In this document: positions 50,471-60,375 of the stretch, one piece after another
How the letters are laid out: each line of letters begins with the position of its first letter
How positions within the stretch are numbered: the first letter of the stretch is position 1
Virus record (IMG/VR): IMGVR_UViG_3300019776_000324
Span: 186,001-250,000 of that record
Length of the DNA: 64,000 nt
Direction: 5' to 3' (one strand)
Notes under the pieces: generated by a model
What the model was told of the DNA's origin: nothing
The model's input: the letters and a program-made list of their open reading frames with translations, nothing else
The model's database searches: none
Program-made: the position numbers and the translations under genes

Positions 50471-50872
50471 ATGATGAGGAGACAATCATGCTTATGCGTA
50501 CTAACAATTCCAATCTTAGTGATACTAAGTTTAATGGCACAATCGAGCTCAGCTCAATCCAGCCCAGTCTTGAACGATACTCTCTTAGAACCGCCTGCCC
50601 GCATTGTGACAGCCGAAGGTCGGGCCCGTGTGGTCATCACAAAACACAAACCAAAACTACACCTACCTAAACACCAACGCCCTGTTGTTCGTTTAGCCTT
50701 AAACGACGACGATGATTACTATGATGAATTGCCTGACATACAAGTTGGGTATCGTCGTCCAGAGTTGGTTGATCAAACAGCCGAAGTCAATGACATCTCC
50801 GATGAAATAAAAATTAGATTACTACTTGCTCGAAAGCGGGCACTCGAAGCATATCACGCAAATTGGTCCTAA
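50471..50872 (+). CDS. Hypothetical exported protein
   Basis: Hydrophobic N-terminus. Confidence 0.5.
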   Translation: MMRRQSCLCVLTIPILVILSLMAQSSSAQSSPVLNDTLLEPPARIVTAEGRARVVITKHKPKLHLPKHQRPVVRLALNDDDDYYDELPDIQVGYRRPELVDQTAEVNDISDEIKIRLLLARKRALEAYHANWS

Positions 50873-51019
50873 ATCGTTATTTAAAAAATTAATAACGATT
50901 AACAAAAAATATTATAAACCAAATAACGAAAATCCATAGATTTTCGAGGTATATAATGTTACAATCAATTATCAGTACAAACACTGAGAAACCAATTTTT
51001 CAACTTAAAGGAGATTTAC

Positions 51020-51559
51020 ATGAAGACAGTAGGACATAAATTAGAGAAGTTTGTAGTAACCGGTGTCAAGCCAGGACAACCAGAAGATGCGTTCTTTGAT
51101 ATCACAGAAGAATCATTTCCAGGCAAATGGAAAGTAATCGTTTACTATCCAAAAGATTTTACATTCGTATGCCCAACAGAGATTGTAGCCTACGACAAGT
51201 TAACAGGCGACTTTAGTGACCGTGATGCAGTATTGCTAACAGGTAGCACAGACAATGAGTTCTGTAAAGTTAGCTGGCAGAATGCTCACAGTGATTTGAA
51301 GAAGATCACACACAATCAGTTCGCTGACACACAGCGTGGTGAGTTGAGTTTGATCGAACAGTTAGGCGTGTTCTATGCTCCAGCAGGTGCAGCACTTCGC
51401 GCAACATTCATCGTTGACCCAGACAATGTTATCCAGCATGTCACAGTAAACAACTTGAATGTTGGTCGTAGCCCAGAAGAAACATTGCGTGTATTGGATG
51501 CGTTACAAACTGGTGAATTATGTGCATGTAACCGTACAGTAGGCGGGGAGACTCTATAA
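51020..51559 (+). CDS. ahpC: Peroxiredoxin AhpC
   Basis: YPKDFTFVCPTEI, RATFIVDP, VGRSPEETLRVLDALQTGELC. Confidence 0.96.
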   Translation: MKTVGHKLEKFVVTGVKPGQPEDAFFDITEESFPGKWKVIVYYPKDFTFVCPTEIVAYDKLTGDFSDRDAVLLTGSTDNEFCKVSWQNAHSDLKKITHNQFADTQRGELSLIEQLGVFYAPAGAALRATFIVDPDNVIQHVTVNNLNVGRSPEETLRVLDALQTGELCACNRTVGGETL

Positions 51560-52065
51560 TGTCTTTTATCGAGCAAGTCAAAAGTGCCTTGCCTGATTAC
51601 GCAAAGGACGCCAAGTTAAATCTTGATGCGGTCCTTTTGCGTAGTACATTAGATGCTGATGTGGCCATGGGTTGTGCTGTAGCCGCATTGGCCGCAACAG
51701 GCAATGGCAAATTAGTTAGTTTAATTTTAGCCGATGAACCAGCACTAGCTGAATCAGCAATGACAGCCGCTAGCATTATGGCACAAAACAATGTATGGTA
51801 TCCATATGTTGAAATGGCTGATGATCCTGCACTTAAAGGTTTGCCTGCACAGTTGCGCATGAATGCTATTGCTAGCCATGGCGGAACTACCAAGTCAAAC
51901 TTTGAAGCATTCTCATTGGCAGCTAGTATCGTAGGCAAGTGTCACTTCTGTGTAAAAGCACACTACGAAACACTCAAGCAAGAAGGCTATACAGTAGAGA
52001 ATCTGCGTGATATTGGCCGTATTGCCGCAGTAATGAATAGTGTAGCAAAAGTGTTAAATAGCTAA
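51559..52065 (+). CDS. ahpD: Alkyl hydroperoxidase AhpD
   Basis: LPDYAKDAKLNL, MAQNNVWY, LRMN, CHFCVKAH. Confidence 0.93.
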   Translation: MSFIEQVKSALPDYAKDAKLNLDAVLLRSTLDADVAMGCAVAALAATGNGKLVSLILADEPALAESAMTAASIMAQNNVWYPYVEMADDPALKGLPAQLRMNAIASHGGTTKSNFEAFSLAASIVGKCHFCVKAHYETLKQEGYTVENLRDIGRIAAVMNSVAKVLNS

Positions 52066-52785
52066 GTGAAACCTGTTTTAATACTACAACATCAAGTTCC
52101 AGAAAACGCAGCATATTTGACTACATGGCTAGATCGCAATCATGTCGTGTATCAAATATGCAACGCTGGAGCGGGCGAACAATTTCCTAGTAGTATTGAA
52201 CCATATTCTGCCCTGGCAGTAATGGGCGGAGGTATGAGTGCTAACGATCCATTATTAAGTAATCGTCAAGCAGAAATATTAATCCTGCAAGCCATACATA
52301 GAGATATTCCTGTTGTGGGACATTGTCTTGGTGGACAGTTAATGAGTCGTGCATTGGGTGGGGAAATCTCAGCCAGTCCGCAACCAGAAATAGGTTGGCA
52401 AAATATCACCTATGAAGACACTCCGTTGGTCCAGGAATGGTTTGGCGACAATCCTACACCTACAGTTATCCACTGGCACTACGAATCATTTAGTATTCCA
52501 GAAGGTGCAACCAGATTAGCTACTAGTCCTAGTTGCCCTAATCAAGTCTGGGCCTATGGTAAACACCTGGCCATGCAGTTCCACATAGAAATCAATGAAG
52601 TTAAAATTGATTCATGGGTTTACGAGGACGATGACAAGTGGGCACTAGCTAGACAGCAGTATGAATCTGCCCAAGATAAAATTACAATTCTCGCTGGTAT
52701 TCCATATCATTTGGCACAGCATCAAGCCACAGCTGATTGTATATACACCAAATGGCTCAGCACAACAGAGTGGTCTGTTGCCTAA
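52066..52785 (+). CDS. Class I glutamine amidotransferase-like protein
   Basis: MGGGMSAND, GHCLGGQL, EIGW, HWH, QFHIE. Confidence 0.9.
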   Translation: MKPVLILQHQVPENAAYLTTWLDRNHVVYQICNAGAGEQFPSSIEPYSALAVMGGGMSANDPLLSNRQAEILILQAIHRDIPVVGHCLGGQLMSRALGGEISASPQPEIGWQNITYEDTPLVQEWFGDNPTPTVIHWHYESFSIPEGATRLATSPSCPNQVWAYGKHLAMQFHIEINEVKIDSWVYEDDDKWALARQQYESAQDKITILAGIPYHLAQHQATADCIYTKWLSTTEWSVA

Positions 52786-52869
52786 AAACAACACATTTTT
52801 AGCCCCGTAAAAGGGGCTTTTTTACGGGTTTACCAAAAGGTTGACTCAAAATGCCCAATTTGCTATACT
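52776..52869 (+). repeat. Operator-terminator-promoter cassette, copy 2
   Basis: TGTTGCCTAAAAACAACA, GCCCCGTAAAAGGGGC hairpin, GGGTTTACCAAA, then TTGACT-17-TATACT. Confidence 0.85.
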
Positions 52870-52898
52870 ATTATTATAGTGAACAATAAGGAGCTGAA

Positions 52899-54591
52899 AT
52901 GAATCAAGTAGAATATAAAGTTGGAGATGATGTTAGCCACGGAATTGGTGGCGATCGTTACTACGATGGTAAAATTGCTAGAATCACCAAGCGTTTTATT
53001 TTTACAGATTCAGGTCGTCAATATACCCGTAAAGAAGCCAAAGATGGCCGGGTGTATTATACTCAAACCGGTTGCAAATACTGTTATTTGATGCCAGGCA
53101 AGCACGAATACATGGACCCACACTTCTAAAAACGGTTGACCCGAAATACCCAATTTGCTATAATAGTATATAGAGTTAAAAAACGGAGCAAGAAATGACA
53201 AGAAAACATTTTATCGCAATGGCAAAAGAAATCGCTGAAATGCCAGATCGTAAGTCAGCCAAAATTGCAGCCGAAGCATTTGCCCAGGTAGCCCGTTCAG
53301 TTAATCCAAGATTTGACTTCGGTCGTTTCTTTACAGCCTGTGGAGTTTAATAATGTTGAAAGAATTTAACGAAGTTCAAAAACTTGTTCAAGTTCTCCGT
53401 GGCCCACAGTTTGATCGCAAGCGTCACGGTGGTTTATTTGATCGTGGCAGTGCAGACAGTTATTATGGTCGTGGACACGATCCACACTGGTATCCAGAGG
53501 GCACCGGTAACGGTGTTAAAATTACCGAGTTAAACTCGGCAGAATTAGAAGAATATTTGGCTGGATACGAGCATAATGAACGCCATGGTGACAAAAAGAG
53601 TTACGACTAAAACGGTTGACCAGAAATTACCGATTTGTTATACTATTAACATAGTAAAGAAAAAGGAGCAGAAAATGACTACATTACAAGACAAATTAGG
53701 CCGTACCTTAACAGTAGGTGATCGTGTAGCTTATGCCTCATTTAAAAACCTGGGCATGACATTTGGTACTGTTACCAAATTGGGTCGTTTGCGGGCCATA
53801 GTAACACCAGAAGCACCTGCATTTAACCCCGATTCTGAGTCGTTTCGCACTACAGAATTGGTAAAGATCTAAAACGGTTGACCCGAAATACCCAATTTGC
53901 TATAATAGTAGTATAGTAATTAATTAGGAGCAGAAATGAACTACACAGTAGAACAAATTAAAGAAATTGTGTTTGAAGCTAGACTCGAGGCACAGAAAGC
54001 CGCTAAGTTCTTTTTTGATACCAAGTTAGGCGGCGAGGACAAGTTTAGTTGTGGTTTTGCTTGGGTTGATATCTACGGAGTCAAAGGTAATACCAAATTG
54101 GGTCGTGCGCTAAAAGAAGCTGGTGTGCGTAAGAGTTATACCGGTAGCTACCAAATTTGGAACCCAAGTGGCTTGGGGGTGCAAAACATTGACACCCTTG
54201 AAGCAGGTGCAGAAGCGGCCGCCAAAGTATTTGAGAATTACGGCTTTAAGGCCTATGCTGGCTCAAGGTTAGACTAATGAAACTTATTGCTCGAACAAAA
54301 ACCGGTTACCTGGCCGAGATCGAAGAAGGAGAAATTGCCAACCTCCTGGGCTATAATAGTACATACGACGATGGATATCGTACAGTGGTTAGAAATCAAC
54401 CCAGTGAAGACTTAACAGGCTTTGAAGTTGAAGTAGAGAGGATGTATGATATTGCCAAGATGTTGCGTGGTCTAAACAAGACAGATATTGAAAAAGTTCA
54501 AGCAACTCTCAGGAATACACAAGAAAAGATAGATGAGTTGCAAGATATTGTTAATAAATTGACATTGTTTGAAACATTAAAGGACGCTTAA
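52899..54591 (+). other. Array of promoter-led single-gene or two-gene units (ORFs 52899-53129, 53195-53350, 53353-53610, 53675-53872, 53936-54277, 54277-54591)
   Basis: Four promoter copies in about 1.1 kb; 40 bp identical at 53129-53168 and 53871-53910. Confidence 0.8.
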
Positions 54592-54756
54592 TATGACCTT
54601 AGATCAAGCCCTAGCTGAAATTATTACCTACAGTATTGCCAACGGTGTTGACAGTTTAACAGCAGTTGAGCGTATGGTTAAAAACTACAAGACATTGAAC
54701 GCAGAACAGCAACAGGCCGTTACAGTATTCATGGCCGAAACTAAAATGGAAATGGT

Positions 54757-55416
54757 ATGAGCCGCAGAGAAAAATACGATCGTATTGATGCAATAGACGC
54801 AGACTTGGTATGGTCAGCGGCACAAGCGGCTTATCGCATCAACGGCGGTTACTTGAAAGTTCCTGAGAGGTCCGGCGACAAGATTGTCAAGCCAACCAAC
54901 CGAGAAATTGTAACTATTGCACTTTACGATCCGTCGTTGATTACTGATGCTGATCGTGAAGCGGCCCAGAAGTGTCGTCAGTACATGGCAAGCTCAGCAA
55001 CTATGGCCACACTCAAAGATGAAATCACTGAATGGGGACAAATTGTTGCTCGTCTATGCGATAAGAAAACAATTACCAGCAACTATGACATGGCAGTACT
55101 TACAGCTATACCGCAGAGTCATGTCAACGATTTGAAAAAAGAAGAAACAGAAGGTCGCTTGGCTCGTTGCTCGTGTATTCAAGCAATCGCTGGAGATAAG
55201 ATAGAAGTTACAGGCGAAGTAGTTCGTTGTAATTTTTCGATGAAATTTAACACTTGGTTTGTTACTGCAATTACCACCGACGATCATGCGATATGGTTTG
55301 CTTATCGTGAAGGTGCCAAAGTAGGAACCAATGTTGTTGTCCGTGGCACAGTCAAACGACACAGTGACCGAGCTACTCAACTTAATCGTGTCAAACTCGT
55401 GGAGGAATCCAAATGA
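54757..55416 (+). CDS. Hypothetical protein with a probable C-terminal OB-fold
   Basis: GDKIEVTGEV...VVVRGTVKRH....TQLNRVK. Confidence 0.55.
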   Translation: MSRREKYDRIDAIDADLVWSAAQAAYRINGGYLKVPERSGDKIVKPTNREIVTIALYDPSLITDADREAAQKCRQYMASSATMATLKDEITEWGQIVARLCDKKTITSNYDMAVLTAIPQSHVNDLKKEETEGRLARCSCIQAIAGDKIEVTGEVVRCNFSMKFNTWFVTAITTDDHAIWFAYREGAKVGTNVVVRGTVKRHSDRATQLNRVKLVEESK

Positions 55417-55678
55417 AAGCATTTGTGTTAGGAACTGTTTTTGGTATTTTGATTTGCACTGTTGGTCTATCCGGAATTGCTAGGATTTTGGACAACGGTG
55501 TGGCCAAAGTCCAGGAAGTGTCCAAAGAAGCTGCCAAATAAGGCATTTTGGACAACCAAAAGCATACTATATGGTTGACATTAAAACCCAATTCAGCTAT
55601 AATAGTATTTGTAGTATGTAATAAAGGCAGTACAGTATTTTAAATCAACTTAGTAAGGCAACTTAGAAAGGCAACATC

Positions 55679-56005
55679 ATGTCAGTAGAAAAATTATTTA
55701 CAGTAGCAGGTACAGCAACAAATCCTAACGGTACAGTTAAGGCTCGTTTCGCTAACGATTTGGTAGCTCGTATTAAGATTTTGAACAAAGCAGGTTGTAC
55801 TAACATTAACTTGGTAGAATTGCCAAAGGCAATGACCAAGTTAGAAGCTCTCCAACATTTGCAAAGCATTGGTATCACTGAAGGTGACGCTGGTTATGCT
55901 GTAGCAAACAAGTTGGCTGAGAAGACCAAAGTAGCCAAAAAAGGCGAAGTAAAGGTCAAAGCAACTAAGGCATCTGCTAAAACAGCAGAAAAAGTAGTAG
56001 CCTAA
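55679..56005 (+). CDS. Early hypothetical protein with a Lys/Ala-rich tail, paralogue of 23286-23711
   Basis: VAG...GTVKARFAND..RIKIL...MTKLEALQHL. Confidence 0.7.
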   Translation: MSVEKLFTVAGTATNPNGTVKARFANDLVARIKILNKAGCTNINLVELPKAMTKLEALQHLQSIGITEGDAGYAVANKLAEKTKVAKKGEVKVKATKASAKTAEKVVA

Positions 56006-56077
56006 TAACCCAGGGGCAGGACGCTGGGTGTAGGCCCAGACTGTAAGTCCCCTGATAACTTTCTTAGAAAGCATATC

Positions 56078-56437
56078 ATGAGTAAACCAGTATTTTCAGA
56101 CCTATTCAAATTTTCAGGTCGTCGCAATCGTCAATCCTTTATTCTTTTACAGTTGGCAAGTATTGTAGCTGTATTGTTAGGCATTGGCATTATCACAGCC
56201 GTTACCGCAGTATCACCAGGTGTAGGTGGCGTACTAGCTATCCTTGGCATCATTGGATTCATTGCTATTTGCGTAGCCAACTGGGCCAGTGCTAGTCAAC
56301 GCATTCGTGACTTTGGTCAGTCGGGTGTATGGGCATTGGTAATGTTGATCCCTTACATTGGTCCTGTGTTTAGCCTGGCACTATGGTTCATTCCAAGTAC
56401 CGAAGGTGAAAACAAATACGGTCCTAGCTGTATCTAA
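56078..56437 (+). CDS. DUF805 membrane protein
   Basis: FKFSGRRNR, QRIRDFGQSG, IPYIG, GENKYGP. Confidence 0.85.
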   Translation: MSKPVFSDLFKFSGRRNRQSFILLQLASIVAVLLGIGIITAVTAVSPGVGGVLAILGIIGFIAICVANWASASQRIRDFGQSGVWALVMLIPYIGPVFSLALWFIPSTEGENKYGPSCI

Positions 56438-56443
56438 TACCAA

Positions 56444-56743
56444 ATGATATTAAGAATAACAGCCAAGTTTTTAGCGATCTTGGCTGTTATTCTTTTGTCT
56501 GGTTGTGCAATACCAGTAGTAGTATCTATGGCAACAGGAGCTGCTAGTGTAGCAGTAAATGAAACCACAGGCAAAACTGCCACTGATCATGTTGTTAGTG
56601 CAGTTAATGGCAAGGACTGCCGGGTGAGTAGAATGGGCAAACAAGACATTTGCCAAGAAGAAGTACAACAATTTCAATTTACAGTAATCACCACAGGTGT
56701 TACTTCGTCCTCAGTAGAAGAAATTCAATCTAAATATCGTTAA
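56444..56743 (+). CDS. Putative lipoprotein
   Basis: Lipobox LSGC; TGKTATDHVVS...DC. Confidence 0.6.
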   Translation: MILRITAKFLAILAVILLSGCAIPVVVSMATGAASVAVNETTGKTATDHVVSAVNGKDCRVSRMGKQDICQEEVQQFQFTVITTGVTSSSVEEIQSKYR

Positions 56744-56773
56744 TAGGTTAGCCGTTTGGCTAAGTATTTTGAT

Positions 56774-57246
56774 ATGTTTGACGAATTAGATCTAACAATC
56801 AAAACCGCAATACACAATCTTATGCTAGTGCTGTATGAGCAGGGCATAACGGAAATTCACACTGGCGGACTTATGAGATTACTGGGTGTGTCTGACGAAG
56901 TGGCTCAGAAATACGATAAAGAACGAGTAATTTTAGATGATGATTTTGTTAAATATGTAAAGGAATACAATACTCCTAGACCCAAAGATCAACCTTTACA
57001 TTAATGACCTTACCAATATTTAAAAGCGGCGATGCACTGTTTACCGTTATAATCCGAGACTCTGCAGCCAATGACCGTTTAATAAAATGGACCAAAACCA
57101 GCCGCAGTATTCAAGCCCGTGTTGAAGATAACCGCATGCATATCTATGACCATAATACTTTAAGTTTGTTTATGGTCACTTGGACACACTCGTGGGATAA
57201 TATGGTTATTTGGGATCCGTGGTCAAAACGGCATATAAACTTTTAA
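56774..57246 (+). other. Two small hypothetical ORFs (56774-57004, 57004-57246)
   Basis: Coupled ORFs after TAAGTA. Confidence 0.55.
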
Positions 57247-57317
57247 AATACTTGACACACTGCCTTTATAGTGTATAATTAATAGGTGCTCAGGCACTTT
57301 ATATAAAGGAAATAACA

Positions 57318-57506
57318 ATGTCACAACATGACGCAATCGTAGAAGCATTTAACACTTACCTCTCTGAAAACGAGAAGTTCACAACCAAAGGCGTTAAAGC
57401 GTCAGCTGCTCGTGCTCGTAAAGCATTACAAGAAATGAGCAAAGGTATCAAAGAGCGTCGTAAAGAAATTACCGCAGAAAAAGAAGCGTTAGCTGCTGCC
57501 AAGTAA
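57318..57506 (+). CDS. Histone H1-like Hc1-family protein
   Basis: EKFTTKGVKASAARARKALQEMSK...RRKEI. Confidence 0.75.
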   Translation: MSQHDAIVEAFNTYLSENEKFTTKGVKASAARARKALQEMSKGIKERRKEITAEKEALAAAK

Positions 57507-57955
57507 TGATGGATGCCCATTCTCAAATGGCCGAAGCACTAGCTGATAGCATGACTGTATCGGTTAGTGCTCCTGGAACTTATAGTACAATTACCAATGG
57601 CGGGTTTGCCTACTCTAACACTGCTATTACCAACAACGGTGTTGCTACTGGATCCTTAGGACCGTACACTGTTAGCACTGGTTATTCACAACCATGGTTC
57701 AGCAACTCTGCTAGTCCAAAAATCCGTTTAGATGGTGAAGACGCTGACATAGAAGTCAACGGCGAAAGCCTCATGGGCTTGATGAAAGAAATCCGCGAAC
57801 GACTAAATCTCATAACCATTAACGAAAAGATGGAAAAGGAATGGGACGAACTACGAGCCTTAGGTGATCAATATCGTGCCCTAGAAGCCAAGTTAAAAGA
57901 ACAAGGCGAAATGTGGAACAAGCTAAAAGCTATGCCACCGCCTGATATCAAGTAA
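57506..57955 (+). CDS. Hypothetical protein with a C-terminal coiled coil
   Basis: ADIEVNGESL...IRERLNLI...EWDELRALGDQYRALE. Confidence 0.6.
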   Translation: MMDAHSQMAEALADSMTVSVSAPGTYSTITNGGFAYSNTAITNNGVATGSLGPYTVSTGYSQPWFSNSASPKIRLDGEDADIEVNGESLMGLMKEIRERLNLITINEKMEKEWDELRALGDQYRALEAKLKEQGEMWNKLKAMPPPDIK

Positions 57956-59337
57956 TGTCAGCATGGAAAGAGTTTTATAATCAAATTCGCGACCCAAGCT
58001 GGCCCGACTGCGACAACGAAACTGACTTTGAACAACTACCTGACAATATCAAACAAGAGTGTATCAAAGTGTTTGGTTATCAGCCCAACCAGTTTAAAAA
58101 AACTTCTAAATTAAAAAATCAAGTATTTCCTATTAGGTCTGAAACAAGTTGTCAACTCAAATGGTCCTGGAGTACATTATTTTTAACCACAGAAGAAACA
58201 GCCAGTTGCCACAGAACTGACCATCATAAATTTGATACAGATCAATTTGATTTTCATAATACACCAAGTAAATTAGACGACCGTCGGCGTATGCTTGAAG
58301 GGTTGTGGCCCAAGCGCGGTTGCAACTATTGTCAAGATATTGAATCAGCGGGCGGCCAAAGTGATCGCATTACTAATTTAGATTTTCCTGGCATACATGC
58401 ACCTCCAGAATTAGACACTGATCCAACCGCGGTACATGTTACTCCTAGAATACTTGAAGTTTATTTTGATAACACTTGTAATCTAAAATGTCTATACTGT
58501 GGCCCGCACTTTAGCAGTTTATGGGATGCTGAAAATATAAAATTTGGGCAACCTGCATTTAACAAAAGCAAAAACATTGAGCAAAATAAACAAAAAATAT
58601 TTGAATGGCTAAAAGTCAACGGAAAACATTTAACTCATTTTAATATTCTCGGTGGTGAACCGTTGTATCAAAGTGAACTAGAAGAATGTTTAGAATTATT
58701 TGATCAGTATCCAGCACCTGAGCTTAAATTACAAATTTTTACCAATCTTAATTGTCGATTGCCCTATCTACAAAAAATAGTACAACGGGTTGGTCAATTA
58801 GTTGATCAAGATAAACTAAGAGAATTTGAAATTACTGCTAGTTTAGATTGTTGGGGAGCTCCGCAAGAATATGTTAGATATCCGTTAAACTTGGTTGCAT
58901 GGGAAAAGAATTTTGAATATTTGTTAACTCAAGACTGGATTAATTTAATAGTAAGTTCAACAGTAACGCCACTTACAATAAAAACTCTTCCGGACTTGCT
59001 TGAAAAAATACAACAGTGGAATCAGCAAAGAATTGTGCATCATTATCAAAATAGTGTAAATGGTCCTAGTTACATGTTCATTGATATTTTTGGTGACATT
59101 TTTGCCGAGGATTTTAAACGAGCATTGGATTTTAAACCTGCTGATACTCCTGAGCAACAATCAAGCAAAGGTTATCTTGAAGGGATTGCAACGCAGTCTG
59201 GTTCCAAAGGTCCAAACTTAAAAGAAATCAAAAATCTGTTTAATTTTTTAAATGAAATGGATCGCAGAAGATCGACTAGTTGGCGTGAGGTGTTTCCTTG
59301 GTTGATTGTGGAATTTAATAAACATGGGTTATATTGA
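57955..59337 (+). CDS. Radical SAM protein (second copy)
   Basis: CNLKCLYC, GGEP, FTN, EYVRYP; N-terminal CQLKW..SCHR and CNYC. Confidence 0.85.
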   Translation: MSAWKEFYNQIRDPSWPDCDNETDFEQLPDNIKQECIKVFGYQPNQFKKTSKLKNQVFPIRSETSCQLKWSWSTLFLTTEETASCHRTDHHKFDTDQFDFHNTPSKLDDRRRMLEGLWPKRGCNYCQDIESAGGQSDRITNLDFPGIHAPPELDTDPTAVHVTPRILEVYFDNTCNLKCLYCGPHFSSLWDAENIKFGQPAFNKSKNIEQNKQKIFEWLKVNGKHLTHFNILGGEPLYQSELEECLELFDQYPAPELKLQIFTNLNCRLPYLQKIVQRVGQLVDQDKLREFEITASLDCWGAPQEYVRYPLNLVAWEKNFEYLLTQDWINLIVSSTVTPLTIKTLPDLLEKIQQWNQQRIVHHYQNSVNGPSYMFIDIFGDIFAEDFKRALDFKPADTPEQQSSKGYLEGIATQSGSKGPNLKEIKNLFNFLNEMDRRRSTSWREVFPWLIVEFNKHGLY

Positions 59338-59439
59338 GTAATATACCCAGATAACGGCAAAAACCTATCAAAAATCATAGATTTTTATTAACATCAATAG
59401 TATAATACTAAGTATTTTAGAGAACAGTAAAACAACCAG

Positions 59440-59700
59440 GCTGTCATTTGATTGATCAGCGGAGGATTACAATCTAGAACTGTTCCAAAACGGACGGGCT
59501 TGTGCCGTAAAGCAAGCAGTAGTATAAGAGGACTTCGGAACTCCTCTTCAATGACAAATGGTATAGGCCGTGTGAGAAACAAAGCACCGCTTAAAGAGTA
59601 TGGCACTGAGGCCCGAGGTCTTAATCTGTCTCCAATTCTATACACTTCATCTGTCTTTGCGCCCATCCTGGGAATCCGCTGATACGCACAGTATTGCGTC
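59440..59700 (+). ncRNA. Long structured 5' leader / candidate ncRNA upstream of a cell wall hydrolase
   Basis: 9-bp long-range stem ATCAGCGGA(59455-63)/TCCGCTGAT(59675-83); AGAGGA..TTCG..TCCTCT hairpin; ACGCA/TGCGT hairpin next to the SD. Confidence 0.5.
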
Positions 59701-59712
59701 GAGGAGACGAAG

Positions 59713-60375
59713 ATGAAACTTAAAAAACTTCTTATATCGTTATTAACAGTAGTAAGCAGTAGTGCATTTGCAGTAGATGTAGCAGAAGTAAAAGCAGAAG
59801 TCTCTTATAGAGATCAAATTGTTGACCAAGCCAGCAAGTTTGTTGAGCGCACAGTTAACATAATTGCAACTCCATTCTTGTCAGACAAGGATGTAGAGTG
59901 TCTAGCTCGTAACATATTTTACGAGTCAGGTAGCGAACCAACTGAGGGCAAAATTGCCGTTGGTCTTGTTACTATAAATCGTGCCCAAGATCCACGCTTT
60001 GGTAAGAGCGTATGCGAAGTTGTCAAAGCTCGCACAGTGGTCACTAAAACACGCGAAGTCAAACGCACAGAAATGGTTCGAGTAGGGTATTTTGGCCCTC
60101 CTGAAAAAGTTGTTAGAACAGAAGAAGTAGTTCAACAAGTGCCAGTATGTCAGTTTTCGTGGACATGCCAGGGCTATGCCCGTGCTCCAAAACCCACAGA
60201 TGAACGCTGGGTAGAAAGTCAGCGTATTGCTGAAGGTATTGCTCGTGGAGACTACGAAGAATATCGCGGCAAATACGGCTCTGCACTATTCTTCCACTCT
60301 ACAGGAGTGCGCCCAATTTGGGCTAAAACCAAGAAGTTTGTAACCAAGACTGGACAGCACTTATTCTACGAATAG
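59713..60375 (+). CDS. Cell wall hydrolase (SleB/Hydrolase_2), secreted
   Basis: Signal peptide; CLARNIFYESGSE, AVGLVTINR, CQFSW, FFHS, GQHLFY. Confidence 0.9.
   Translation: MKLKKLLISLLTVVSSSAFAVDVAEVKAEVSYRDQIVDQASKFVERTVNIIATPFLSDKDVECLARNIFYESGSEPTEGKIAVGLVTINRAQDPRFGKSVCEVVKARTVVTKTREVKRTEMVRVGYFGPPEKVVRTEEVVQQVPVCQFSWTCQGYARAPKPTDERWVESQRIAEGIARGDYEEYRGKYGSALFFHSTGVRPIWAKTKKFVTKTGQHLFYE

Noticed and set aside
52776-53910. Regularly recurring ~40-bp repeats resembling a CRISPR array
   Set aside because: The repeats are sigma70 promoters separated by 250-500-bp ORF-containing segments, not 30-40-bp spacers; no cas genes in the window
59540-59580. GGTATAGGCC resembling the group I intron S element
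   Set aside because: No matching R/P7 partner or interrupted gene is recognisable
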